This document shows positions 50,927 to 63,290 of a stretch of 64,000 bases of DNA, one piece after another. The position numbers and the translations under genes are program-made. The notes under the pieces are model-generated. The model was not told the DNA's origin. It did no database searches and saw only the letters and a program-made list of their open reading frames with translations. The stretch is from Lama glama (taxonomy: Eukaryota), in contig CM052817.1 in NCBI GenBank assembly GCA_028534125.1, positions 43,340,001 through 43,404,000 of the forward strand, in the 5' to 3' direction. The stretch's first letter is position 1, and each line of letters starts with the position of its first letter.

Positions 50927-51368
50927 CTGTGACAAAAGCAAAACAGAGAGCTCATCATGCACACATATCTGAGCTATGTCAGGTCTAGGACCCACAAAGC
51001 TGGAACCTCTGAAATCTGTTGACGCATCAGAATGGGCAACTGAGCAAGTTTCCATCACTTATCACCACTTGGCACGAGGCTTAAGGGAGAATGCTGACTG
51101 AGCAAGCGGGAACAGTACAGGAGAAGCCGAGACGCAGGTGGCGCTCCCGCTGGGATTTCACCAGCGGTGGAGGTTGGTTCTCGCACACCTTGCCCTTCTT
51201 TAGTTGGGGTCAGTATTGCCCTGCGGTGAAGCAACAAACAAAATATTTTCCTTTCAATAACACTTGCTAAAATTTTCATGGTTTTCATCATTAAAATGTT
51301 AATGTCAAAGTCTCCAGGTAGGATCCTTCCAGATGTGAACAGACGCTTCATGGGAAGACAGTTTCTTT

Positions 51369-51618
51369 GTGTGTGTGTGTGTGAATATTTTTTTTTATTG
51401 AGTTATAGCCAGTTTACAATGTTGTGTCAATTTCTGGAGTACAGAACAATTTATCAGTCATACATGAATATACATATATTCATTTTCATATTCTTTTTCA
51501 CTGTGAGCTACTACAAGATTTTGTATATATTTCTTGTTTATCTATTCTATAAATACCTGTCAGTATCTACAAATCTCAAACTCCCAGTCTCTCCCTTTCT
51601 ACCCACCTCCCCCCTGGC
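51369..51618 (-). mobile_element. Young 5'-truncated L1 3' end (camelid-type) with 13-bp TSD; tail now contains (TG)n
   Basis: TTATTGAGTTATAG.CAGTTTACAATGTTGTGTCAATTTCTGG.GTACAG; TSD AGACAGTTTCTTT at 51356-51368 and 51619-51631. Confidence 0.9.
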
Positions 51619-52619
51619 AGACAGTTTCTTTTTTTAATTTCCTTTTTTTTTCTGAGAGAGAGAGAGAACTGTCTGTATGGGGAAGAGGGCAGAAGAAATC
51701 CAGAATAAAAGTGTTTGTGGGAATAATGCAAAGAAATTCCAGTTTATAATTTCATTCTCACACAGACAGATACACACACACATACATATTCACAGCAAAC
51801 ACGGGGAGTCTGATGTGATCTCCCCATTTCTGAGTGGATACAAGCTGGCAGACAGCACAGAAAGATGTTGGCTTTTCAACCTTCTACAACATTCCTTCTA
51901 GGTAATTTCCATTTTCAAAATAACACAGTCCCTCTGGAGACCTGCTGTGACCTTTTATGTTTATCAGAGGGGTGGCCAGCTTGCTGATTCACCCTGAAAT
52001 CTTTTTTCTCCTCTGAAAGTCAAACTAACCAGAAAGCAGAGAACGGTTTCGGAGAGGGAAAAGGAATGTGATGACCTGCCAGGTGGTGATGCCATGCAGA
52101 TGCTGAGATGGCAGGGAAATCCCAAGAGCCATCTCACTGACACCTTGGCCAACTGAGAATGACCTTCTCATGGGCTGTTTGTTTCTAAAGTGTACAGGAG
52201 GATCTTGCTGCCAGGAAAAGAATCACTCATCATCAAGGTAGGAAAAACACTGCAGGACTGAGAAGCTGACCATTTGGTTATTCTGGAAGTGTACAGTAGG
52301 GTGGGAGCACGCTGCCCACTAAAACCGCCTCTGCCAAGTCAGACAGATGTGTGACATGTAGGGGTGCCCGTGGGTCCTCTGTTCACCAGAGGTGCAGTAA
52401 TTCCCAGGGGAGGGTTACGGTACTGCAAAAAACTTACCAAAAATGATTTAAAATAGTGGAAAGCAAATCCTACAAGTTTCTTTAACACCTGGATATAAAA
52501 GGGAGCAATTCTCTTAAGGAAGAGAAGCTTGACAGCTGCACGACCTCAGGAGAAAAGCATCCTCACCTGTTTCACAAGCTGGTCCTAAAATGATGACAAC
52601 GGTGATGATTACAGCCACA

Positions 52620-53150
52620 GTTTATCAGATGTTTCCTGTGTTTCCTGTGTAAAGCACTGGGCTAAGTGCTTTGAGTACATCAGAAGGGTAGATATCATTC
52701 CCACTTTACAGATCGGGAAGCTGAGGTTTAGAAGGGTTAAATGATTGACAAAGACACTCAGTAAGTGACAGGGGTAAAATTTAAATCAGTGTCTTTTGGA
52801 GGCAAAAGCTGTACTCTTAACCACTGTAATTCTTCATGAGACTGAGAAACTCTGGCTCAGGACACAATCTAGAACCATGTGATAGTATTAAAAAACCAGA
52901 TGAAAGAAAAATTAAAGGTGAGTGAAAAGGAAAAGAGAAATAACAGCAGTAATAACAACAATAATTATCATCACTGTTAAGGACTTTATATGGATTACCT
53001 CCTTTGATCCTTAGACTAATTAAAGCCAGTGGTTGTTACTGCGCCCATTTTACAGATAAAAAGCTGAGGCTTAAAGAAATTAAGCAATTTGCCCAAGGCC
53101 AATTAGTATGCGACAGAATAAAAACTCAAACAATGTTTTCCTTGGCCTAA
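52620..53150 (-). mobile_element. Two MIR SINE fragments
   Basis: CCCACTTTACAGAT.GGGAAGCTGAGGTTTAGA..GGTTAA; CCCATTTTACAGAT.A.AAGCTGAGGCTT..AATTTGCCCAAGGCCA. Confidence 0.7.
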
Positions 53151-53161
53151 AAATGCCCTGC

Positions 53162-53864
53162 TCTTTCTTGGACATAAACTGCAGTAATAGTTTCTTACTA
53201 CAGTATCCTAAGGCAAAGGGAATAAAAGTAAAAATAAACAAATAGGACCTAATTAAACTTATAAGCTTTTGCACAGCAAAGGAAACCATAAAGAAAATGA
53301 AAAGACAGCCTACAACCTACAGAAAAAATATCTGCAAATCGTGCAACTGATAATGACTTAATTTCCAAGATATACATACAGCTCATGCAACTCAAAATCA
53401 AAAAAATAAGCAACCCAATCAAAAAATGGGCAGAAGACCTAAACAGACATTTCTCCAAAGAAGACATACAGATGGCCAACAGGCACATGAAAAGATGCTC
53501 AATGTCACTAATTATTAGAGAAAAGTAAATCAAAACTACAATGAGGTCTCACCTCACACTGGTCAGAATCGCCATCATCAAAAAGTCTGCAAATAATAAA
53601 TGCTGGAGAGGCTGTGGAAAAAGGAAACCCTCCTACATTGTTGGTAAAGCAGTCTGGAGGTTCCTTAAAAAACTAAAAATAGAATTACCACATGATCAAG
53701 CAATCCCACTCCTGGGTGTATATCCAGAAAAGACAAACATTCTAATTCAAAAAGATAAACACACCCCAATGTTCATAGCAGCACTAACTCACAGTAACCA
53801 AGACGCGGAGGCAACATAAATGTCCACTGACAGATGGCTGGATAAAGAAGATGAGGTATATATG

Positions 53865-53907
<43 letters not shown>

Positions 53908-54317
53908 GAATATTACTCAGCCATAAAATGAATAAAATATTGCCATTTGTAGGAACATGGATGGATCTAGAGATTATCATACCAGGTGAATTAAGTCAGG
54001 CAGAGAAATACAAATATTATGATATCACATATATGAGGAATCTAAAAAAAATAATACAAATCAACTTACAAGACAGAAACAAACTCACAGACATAGAAAA
54101 CAAACTTATAGGGGAATGGGGGTTGGGGAGGGATAAATTAAGAGTATGGGACTAATAGATACACAACACTATATATAAAATAAACAACAAGGATTTACTG
54201 TATAGCACAGAAAACTGTATTCCATATCTTGTAATTACCTATAATGGAAAAGACTCTGAAACTGTATACCTGAAACTAACACAATATTGTAAATCAACTA
54301 CAGTTTAATTAAAAAAA
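53162..54317 (+). mobile_element. L1 3' fragment: broken ORF2 C-terminus, 3'UTR, internal (TA)n(CA)n
   Basis: ORF 53541..53819 ([26 protein letters not shown]...LKKLKIELPHDQAIPLLGVYP) is the L1 ORF2p C-terminal region; ends AAATCAACTACAGTTTAATTAAAAAAA. Confidence 0.92.
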
Positions 54318-54414
54318 GGCAGAAAACCAGTGCCATGTTCTGCATCTGGACAGCCTCTGGACAGCCTCTGGCATGCTTTGCTGTGCCTCCCACCCCTTTG
54401 TCTTTGCCCGTCAC

Positions 54415-54642
54415 CTTCTTTCCTTCTTCCTCAATAATAAAGAAGTGATTCATCCCGTCAGCAACAGTGAAGGTGAAGCGGTCTTTGAGAGAGTTGCTGC
54501 CATCATGGCTGTAGCGGACTCGGTTCTGGTAGACGTCCTCCATGGTGAAGGTGGAGCTGGGCTGGAAGGGCAGCCCGTTGGTGGCTCGCTCGATGGTGCC
54601 ATGGCGTGGGGGCTGCACAACCGTGAACGTGACAGACTTGGC
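54415..54642 (-). CDS. FRAS1: FRAS1 coding exon 3, CSPG: AKSVTFTVVQPPRHGTIER...YSHDGSNSLKDRFTF...EEGKK
   Basis: Acceptor TTGACAG|GCC, donor AAG|GTGACG, 228 nt, phase 0 to 0. Confidence 0.95.
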
Positions 54643-55199
54643 CTGTCAAGGAGGCAAAAAGCAAGAGGAGAAGGGAACTGTACAACAGAAGTCGGAGGTG
54701 TGAGTGATGGTCAACAGGTGATCAAGGGTAGCCAAACCTAAAGACATCTATAAAAGGAGGATTGCACCTTCTTTATAGATGCTGAAAATAAAGCTAAGGA
54801 GAGAAATTATATTGGTTACTACAACTGAACTTATATCCTAGTGTCTTCTGTTTTAAGACTAAGACATTTAAATTTGCCCTTTAAGGGTCATAGGGGAAAA
54901 CCTGGATTTTTAACCTCTAGGATGGCAAGAACTAGGCCTTTTAAAATTACTCCTTTCTTTTTCATCCATCCTACCCCTCCACACACATTTTTCCAAAACT
55001 CTTATATATAGAAGCCCATATGCATTAGAACAGAAGCTAATTTCCCATTTCTAATGGCTGCTTCTAGGGTGACATGCAGAAGGAAAAATAAAGAGGTAGA
55101 AAACTCTGCACAGGATTCTCCAATGATTTCCCACCAACTTGGAAAAACATGCCGAGGCCTGAGCTGGGCCAACAAGGCCCCTGTGACCTGGTCCCAGGG

Positions 55200-55645
55200 C
55201 TCCTCTCTGGTCTCATTCTTCTCTTCTCCTGCTTGGCCTCTGGGTTGCATCTCAAATGTTCCAAGCACACCTGACCACAGGGCCTTTGCCCTTCTGATTC
55301 TTGTCCCAGGAAACTGCACGCCTTGCTCTTTCACGTCCTTTCTCTGCTGTGACATCAGCTCCTCAGGGAAGCCTTCCCTGACCACTCTGTCTGAAACAGC
55401 ACACCCATCAGTCTCTGTCTCCTTTATCTCACTTATTTTTGTTCTTAGCACTTAGCACATCTGACATGACATTCTACGTTCTTTCTTTCTTTCTCGTCTG
55501 TCCCCCTAACCGAAGGTTGTAAACTCCCTCAGGCTGGAACTTTGATCCGTTTCGTTCACAGCGCTGTATTTAGCACCCAGAGCAGAACCTGGCACGTAGT
55601 AGGCAATAAATATTTGCTGAAAGAGTGAATAAGTAAGTGAATGCA
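55200..55645 (+). mobile_element. L2 3' end
   Basis: CACAGGGCCTTTGC, TCCTCAGGGAAGCCTTCCCTGACCAC, CCTGGCACGTAGTAGGCAATAAATATTTGCTGAA. Confidence 0.8.
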
Positions 55646-56245
55646 TGTTGGCACAGGGAAGGGTGTATACACAGAACTAAGTAATAAGCGTGCAGTCCTC
55701 TTCTAATGGGAGCTAAATCACGTCAGAATGTTAGATACTTTAATCTGAAAGCATTACGCGGGTAAGAGTTTGGTCTCCACGTGCCCTGTTTTACGGTATG
55801 AAGCCTAGTTGTTTGAGAATGAATAAACTGCAGTAATTAGTTGTCATCCAGTGAGGTCTGGAAGAAGGAGGCAAAAGTGTACAGGTGGAGAAAACCCTTG
55901 TTCACGAATAGGGACTAATAAAAACACTGGAGAAAATGTCATCTGCCTAATTTGCCATGGATCATGACACAAATCAGCATATTACGATGACTGTTACACA
56001 GAATCATGGGAAAGGATAAATGTACTGAGGGTTTCAGAAAGGGTTTAAAAACAACTTGATTTCAAATGTATTAGTTTCTCTAATTAGTTTCCAGAAGGCC
56101 ACAGTGTGTTCTGGGCCTTCAAGGCCTTCAAGGATGCTCACCGTAGCCTTACCACTCCACCCTACCTTGGGATGCACAGTCACAAAGCAAAGATGCCACC
56201 AGATCAGACTCTCATTCAGCCAGAGAGCTGGGGGAGCGCTCTCAC

Positions 56246-56386
56246 CTCTGTGTCCGCATCCACCGCCTTGAGCTCAAACTCTGTGATGGTCTTCCTCACA
56301 CCCTCCTGGACCCGCATCCCCAAGATTTGCACAACGGGCAGCGAGTCATCCACAGGGCGAAGAGTCAAGTGGAAAGTCTGAGTCAC
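56246..56386 (-). CDS. FRAS1: FRAS1 coding exon 2, CSPG: VTQTFHLTLRPVDDSLPVVQILGMRVQEG...DADTE
   Basis: Acceptor CACGTAG|GTG, donor GAG|GTGAGA, 141 nt, phase 0 to 0; hand-translated (absent from ORF track). Confidence 0.95.
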
Positions 56387-56664
56387 CTACGTGGGAAAAG
56401 TGCAGGTGGGTCACCTGTCCCCAGCACCCACCCAAGTAGGAAGCAGGCGCTCTCTCTCGGGCCTTCCAAGCATCCTGGCATGGCTGACTGACCCAGAACC
56501 TGGAAGCGAGCTCTCTTCGGCAAGATAGAGTTCTCTTTGCCTCTGCCTTTGGCTGAGGGCAGAGGAGAATGAAGCTGTCACAGCACTGGTGGCTCTCCCA
56601 CTCCAGTCAAAGAAGACTGCCCGAATCAATACCCAGGAGGGAGGGAACTGAACTCCTCACCCAC

Positions 56665-56789
56665 CTCATTGACTCCATCAGAGAGCGTAAAGCTGAAGGC
56701 ATCTGAATGCTCCTCCGTCTCACTAGAGTGGACATACTGAACGTTTCCTGAAGTGAGGTCAGCTTGAGAAAAGGAGCTAATCTGGACGC
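56665..56789 (-). CDS. FRAS1: FRAS1 coding exon (window exon 1), CSPG repeat: (G)VQISSFSQADLTSGNVQYVHSS...FTLSDGVNE
   Basis: Acceptor TTTTGCCAG|GC, donor GAG|GTGGGT, 125 nt, phase 1 to 0. Confidence 0.95.
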
Positions 56790-58374
56790 CTGGCAAAAGA
56801 AGAGAGAAGCAGAGAAAGGGTGCTGCAGCGCCAGCCACGCCTCGCAGGCGAGGGAAACGTCACACTCTCACCAGACAGAGTTCTTCGTATTTGTCTTAAA
56901 GCATTTATGTGTGGCCCCCTAAGACCTAGTGTTAGAGTTGTTCGTGTTTTTTCCCCTGCAACAGCATATGCTCTGTGGGAGCACATGTTAACTACCTAGG
57001 CTTCGACTATGCGCCAGGGCAAACACAGGTGCTCGATAAATGTTAGTCTCCTTTCTCTTGGGGTTTCTGTACGCAGGTCAAAGCTGAGAAAGGTAGACCC
57101 ACTGTCTTATTCTCTAAACTCCTCAATCTTTAAGTTTTATATTCCCCCATCACCTTGTGGTCCTTTCTGAAAACCTGCCCTAACTTTTAATATTGTGTTG
57201 ATGGCTTAGTATCTGAACACTGGAGTCATAGGGCCTGGTTACACATAGCCTTGTTTCTGTGATTAGTGAGCCATCCCTGATGCCCATAACTCCCTTGGAT
57301 ATTCTTCAAGGTCCCTTTCACTCTCAGGTCTGTGATCAGCATATATTTCTCACGGACCACTCTGGCCAGGCTGGCAGTCACAAAACTTACTGCATGACTT
57401 TGGGGTTTGAGCAATCATTCTTTCTCAACTCTAAAATGACCTAGAAAACCAGTATCTTTTAAAAACATGATATAGAGAAAATAGGCTAATTTTTTTTCAG
57501 AGTCGTTTTAAAAGTAAAAAAAAAAAAAAAAAACTGAAGTAATTCCCAGAAATGAATAATATCTCCCTTTTTCAAATGGGCAACAACATTTAGCAAAACA
57601 GCCCAGATTTCTTGCTTCTATTTGAGGGCTTCTGGGGCCCATCCTCTGGTGCCAACCAGGACTGAAGCAAAATCACATCTTTTAGTCTCTCAGCACAAAT
57701 TCCCTCTTTTTGATTCTGGGTGTTACAGTATTAATCTGTTTAATCTAGTCCTTTGGTTTGGTCCTGAAATTCATTTGCTGCTTCCTGTAATTTATTGTTT
57801 GTCATTGTTAATCCTGGCAAAAACAGCCTTTCCTGTTAAAAAAAAAAAACCAAAAAAAAAAAAACCCCAAAGAGATTCTACTCTGACTATTTTACATTTA
57901 ACTGTGACATCAATATCACTGCTTTATCTTTTTTTAAAAAATCCCATCAACCAGCATGGTTTACATTTGCATCTCTCTTTATCATCTAAAATTTGTCACC
58001 GAGATAGATTGGCCTCCTGAATATTGGGGCATTAATTTTTTGATGAGGCATTTTATATTTCTGTGCTTACTGCATCAGCTCTTGACAGGCAAAAAAATGT
58101 AGCGCCCTGTCTTATAGCTTTGTCTTGTGGTTCTGGACAGAAATCCATACCATTCTTTAAAAATTGAATAACTTCAGACTGGCTGTAGCTGAGAAATTTA
58201 AATCTCTTCCCCTGCTGCGAATCCATTCTCACATCTCATGGGAAAATAACTTGTGTGGATTCTCACAATCAACTGGTCACCAAATTCAGTGTTCCCTTGG
58301 TAAGACTCAAAGACCGATTAAGAAAAGTGATGGATTTCCCTTCCTCTTAGGAAGGAAGTGCTGAGATTTATTTA

Positions 58375-59045
58375 TTTATTTAACATTCTTTATTGAGAGG
58401 AAATTGACGTATAATAAATTACACATATTTAAGGTGTACAAGTTCATAAGCTTTGTCACATCCATGAAACTACCACCTTAATCAAAATAGGGAACATACC
58501 CATCACCCGAAAGTTCCCAGCTGACACTCTGCAATCCTTTCATCCTTCCCTGTCCTGCCCCCTCCCCATCCCAAAGAAGCATATAAATTGTTCTCTGTCA
58601 TTATAGATTAGTTGGCATTTTCTCTATTTTTTATAAATAGAATCATACAGGAGATGTTATTTTATGCATGGTTTCTTACATTTAGTGTAACTGTTTTGGA
58701 TTCATCCATATTGTGGCATGTATCAATAGTTCATCCCCTTTTTCACTTACTAATGGAGTAGTATTCCATTGTATGGATATATCATAGACAGTTTATCCAC
58801 CCACCAGTTCATGAACATTTAGGTTATTTCCAACCTGGGGCTATTACAAATAAAGCTGCTGTGATCATGTCTGCACAAGTCTTTGTATGAACGTAAGTTT
58901 TCATTTTTCTTGGGTAAATCTCTAAGAGGGGGATGGTGGGAATGTATGTCTGGAGCATACGGAATGCTTAACTTTTCAGGGAACTGCCAATATCTTCCAA
59001 CATGGTAGCACCACTCTGCATCCCCACTAGCAGCGCACGAGAGCT
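58375..59045 (-). mobile_element. L1 (L1MB/MC-type) 3' fragment
   Basis: TTTATTGAG..ATAATAAATTACACATATTTAAGGTGTACA, GAGTAGTATTCCATTGTATGGATATA, GGGCTATTACAAATAAAGCTGCT. Confidence 0.85.
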
Positions 59046-60317
59046 CCGGGCGTGATCTCAGGGGTCTTCCTCCATTCGGTTAGCAAACATTGAGCACTTA
59101 CCATGTGCAGAATTGTTTCAGGCTTGCTTATATATATTGTTTTCTCTTAACAACTCTGGGAGGTCAAGGTTGATATATTACCTCTATTTTTTCACATTAT
59201 GATACTAATAAAATCAGAAAATAAATCTGAGCTATCTGAGGTCACACAGAAGACAGCAGAGTCGCTGGGGCTGGAACTCTGGTCGTCTATGTCCAAAGTG
59301 TACGCCTGCTAGCAGTACTTTTTGTAAAATTTATCTAGCCTTTTGGGCTAGACTAGGAGCCTCTTGGAGTTCACCCTTAATCCGTTAATTTTTTTTTCCA
59401 TATAAAAGCAATACATGTCTATTCAGAAAATGTGAAAAACACAGAAAAGTAATAAAGAATCACAAAGGCCACTCAGATCTATCACTGAAATATCATCATT
59501 TTACTTTTAGATACTTTTTTGGCTGTGCCCATTTTCTTGTCTGAAATGTTGATTTTGGTGGGGTATTTAATATTATCATTTACATGATGTCCATAATTAA
59601 GCACCAGAGGGTCACAAGCTATATTAGAAGGTAAGCCTCCGAGGACAAGAATTTTTGTTGTTTCTTCACTAATATGCACCTAGAATAGTGCCTGGCACAC
59701 AGTAGGTTCTCAAAACACATTTGGAAAATGAATTTAGTTCATCCACTACAATTACCATCTAACAGGTCTTATTAAGTACAGACTTTCAATCTCTATACAC
59801 TTTTTAAAAATGTTTAGTTGTTTCCATCCCCATCTCCAAAAAAAAAAAAAAGTTTAGTTGTTGCTAATTGGGTATTGGAAGCCTTCAGCTGTTCACTCAC
59901 CAGTAGGATGGTGTTTCTAATAACATATTGTCCCTATTGGCTGTCACAGCAGGTGGTTACTGTTTGAAACATCTTGAAGGCTTTTTAATTCCGTCCAAGG
60001 TGTTTTCAGTCACCAACCTGCTGGCTAAACTACGTATCAGGCAGTATTACGGAGACCCACATTAACCCTGTCAGTTTTTCCAATTCCCCCGGAGAGCCAA
60101 CACGTTAGAGAAGGTTCGGTCCAGGTCAGGGAAGTGGTGTGGGAACAAAGCACCTTTGAAGAAATTGCCTTCCTAATAGGATGTTAGGAGCTCTCCCCAG
60201 CCCTCCTGCTTTCAGCATAGCTGTGGATGGCTCTATGCCTGTTGTCTGCGTCCCATCTCAAGCTCATGCTGAGGGAGACTCTCAGCTTCTCTGCTTCAGA
60301 TTTTCTTTCAAGCCTCC

Positions 60318-60722
60318 TGTTATGGAATGAATTACGCCCCCCACCACCAATTCATATACTGAAGTCCTAACCCCAGGACCTTACAACATGACCTTACTGG
60401 AAATAGGACCACTGCAGGTGTAATTAGTTAAGATGAGGTCATTAGGATGGGCCCTAATATAATTCCACTAATGACCTTATAAAAAAGGAAATTATGACAC
60501 AGACTTGCACATGCAGGGAGAATGCCATGTGAATATAAAGACAGCTATCTATTAGCCCAGAGGAGAGGCCTGGAACAGAGCCTTCCCTGGGAAGGTACCA
60601 GCCCTGCCGACACCACGATCTTGGGCTTCTGGCACTGAGATCTGTGAGACAATCGATTTCTGTTGTCTAAACTGCTCGGTCTGTGGTGCTTTGTGACAGA
60701 CGCCATATGACTGAAGATAATA
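60318..60722 (+). mobile_element. MLT1 (B/C-type) MaLR solo LTR
   Basis: TGTTATGG..TGAATT..CCCC..AATTCATAT..TGAAGTCCTAACCCC, TAATTAGTTAAGATGAGGTCAT, CTGTGAGACAAT..ATTTCTGTTGT. Confidence 0.85.
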
Positions 60723-61039
60723 TAACTTTGCTCTCAGAAGAACCCAAACTAAGACAACGGTGCATCTTATTTTGGTTGGTGTCACAATACCAAGAGGCTG
60801 AGAAGAAAAGGAGGCCAACGAATACCTTGCTAAAGCATCACCTGTGGGAAGTCCCTCCCGACTCACTCCCCGCTCTCTCTTAGGTGGGACTCACTGTCCT
60901 TTGGCTCCCACTATCCTCTGTCACGTTGCTGTCACAGCTACTGAAACGCATTGGCACGCATTTACTGACATGTCTCCCAATTCCAAAACCTAAGCTTTGT
61001 TCTGCAGCAGTGACTCAATGAATGTTTGGTGAAGGTGAG

Positions 61040-61480
61040 AACCAGTGTGTGTTAGAGATGGATATATTCCAATATTACTGCTCCCCTACTTTAAAAATAT
61101 AACTGATGACTGTTCTTAAGTGACTGGATGCCCAGGTAGGGTCTAGATTTCCCAGCCACCTCACAGCTTTGTGTGGCTACATCCTTGCCACTGGGATGTG
61201 ATCAAAAGGGGTGTGTGTTCTTCTGGCAACGCTCCTAGAAGAGAAATGGATGTGGGTGCCACTGGTCTTTCCTCCCTGGCAGCTGGCTGGGGGATGACGA
61301 CAATACAGTAGTCATCTTGGACCAGAGATGGGGGCCTCACGTGGAGGGTCACTGAGCTACCTTGGGCGGTCAGGGCCACCTGCCTCTAGATTTTGCTGGG
61401 AGAGAAAAGAAACTTACTGCGGAAGGCACTGTATTTTGCGGTCTCTTTGTTCTAGCAACTTAGCTTCTATCCTGATAACT
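61040..61480 (+). mobile_element. Old MaLR LTR (MLT1J-like)
   Basis: ATTTCCCAGCCACCT..CAGCT..GTGTGGC, GGGAGAGAAAAGAAACTT..GCACTGTATTTTG.GGTCTCTTTGTT..AGCA.CTTAG. Confidence 0.55.
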
Positions 61481-62899
61481 TCTTACTCTGATTTCCCATG
61501 AGTAAGAGGGTCCTTAGGGTCCCTGACATGAGAGTGTGGGTCCTCAACCTTGCAAAGAGCCCATGGGGACTTAGCGTCTCATGTGACTCTCCTCCACGGT
61601 GGGAGGTTCGTGTCTGTCTTCTGCAGGGTTCCCATAGGCTCCCTATGTCTCCTCAGGGGAAGAAAGGAGGACCTTCACACCTTTTCTACCTAAAGAGAAC
61701 AGTCACAACAAGCTGATCAAGAAAGACCACCTAAGACTAAGTCCACTTTGCAGTTAACCACCAGGAGGACGTCCACAAGCGCCAGCAGCAAATGACAATT
61801 CCCAGAGGCATCCGGTCCCCAGACAGCCCAGTGCCTGCACTGTACACACTGGCCTAGAAGCTGTTCTGCTCCTCCCAGCCCAGCCCAGCTCCTGGGAGAC
61901 CCCTCCTCACCACTGAGACAGACGGGGGGCGGTGCTTTTCTCTAAGCCGGAGCCAGCTGCCTTCAGAGAGGGTGCTCCATAATCAACACGGACTTCCTCT
62001 GAAGGGAGAGCTCTGACATTTAAAAGGAATCAAATTCATGAATACATTTCCACTTAGGGGAGACAGGAAAGGAGAGATTGCTGATTAAATGCTACAGAAA
62101 GGACTGGGTGTGGGGCTGGTGGTGTGGGAGGGGCAGGGAAGCCCTGCTCCATTAGAATTGGAGAGGGGCTCCCGAGAGTAAATATCTTCCTCTCTGGTCT
62201 ACTTAGAATTTCTAGAAATAGGAGGATTGAGACACACTGGTGAGGGTGGGAGAGAACATAGGCTAGGGAGTCAAGCCTGGTGGAAAAGGGCAGGTGAAGG
62301 AAGTAACCCAGACCAGGGGAGCCCCCGCTCTCCCAAGAGGAGGCAGCAGGGTGATCCCCTATGGGTTGTCCCCTAAGTGGCGCTCGCTTGGCCTTGGCAT
62401 CCAGGATTTAAGCCCAGTGAAGGCTGAGACTGTAAAAAACAGAAAAGGCGAATTTGGGGCAGGCTCACACAGGACGTGACACAGCCTGGGGTCAGAGAAG
62501 AGCCCGGGCTGTGACTTACCAGCCACTGGCGGGGCCTCGCACAGAGCTCCGAGCCCTTTGGAGCTCTGTGCCGCGTGCATGCCGTTGCCCAACACAACAG
62601 GCAAGAGTCTGCCCTGTCATCTTTGGAGAGATATGGTCAGCAACCTGACAGAATTCTGGCAGAAGCAGTTAGCTCATGAATTACTTATCAAACATCTCAT
62701 GCAGCCAAGGTATCTGGAGCGTTGATCTGCATACTTCCCCCAGGAACTTTGGGACAAAAGGGGAGAGCAGCTGCTTGAATTTGCATTTGGGATTTTGGCC
62801 AATCTGTCCATCCTTCCCCACACCTTCCCACCATGCACACAGCACTCCCTCCTCCACCCTCACCTTGGACCCGGGCATGGTCTGCCTCCCTCATCTCCC

Positions 62900-63290
62900 C
62901 CCAGGTCACCCCCCAGCTCATCCACCTGGCTGTCTCCTTCACTTGCTCTGCCCCAGCCACACTGGTCTCCTTGCAGCACCTGGAACAGGGTGGGCCTGAT
63001 CCCATCTGAGGATGTTAACACTCCCTGGTCCCCTGTCTGGCATGTTCCTTTCTTATATGTCAGCATGGCTGGTCCCTCACTTTCTTCAGATCTGTGCTCA
63101 AATGTCATCTTCTTAGGGAGGCCTTCCCTCACCTCCTTGCTCCCTGCGCACCAGGAATGCCCTTATTTCAGCCCCTAACTCATCACCACTGACATATGGT
63201 ATCTTTGCCGGATTGTTTGCTTACTGTCTGACTCCCTGCATCAGGGCAAGTACTTCCCTGTTCTGCTGTTTCCCTGGTTCAATGAATGAA
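62900..63290 (+). mobile_element. L2 3' end
   Basis: CCCCAGCCACACTGGTCTCCTTGC, TTCAGATCT.TGCTCAAATGTCA.CTTCT..GGGAGGCCTTCCCT, terminal AATGAATGAA. Confidence 0.7.

Larger units (their letters stand above)
987..56789 (-). other. FRAS1: FRAS1 gene, internal part (25 coding exons; gene continues beyond both ends of this span)
   Basis: Spliced translation matches the FRAS1 protein as I recall it (CSPG repeats, 5 Calx-beta domains, C-terminal region). All introns are GT-AG and exon phases chain consistently: 4535 nt = 2 + 1511 codons. Confidence 0.98.

Noticed and set aside
53249..54155. ORFs suggesting a nested gene
   Set aside because: Frameshifted L1 ORF2/3'UTR remnants and their antisense
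59901..60017. 117-nt pseudo-exon with strong donor CTG|GTGAGT
   Set aside because: Poor polypyrimidine tract, immediate stop in the required phase, and no match to the FRAS1 exon expected upstream
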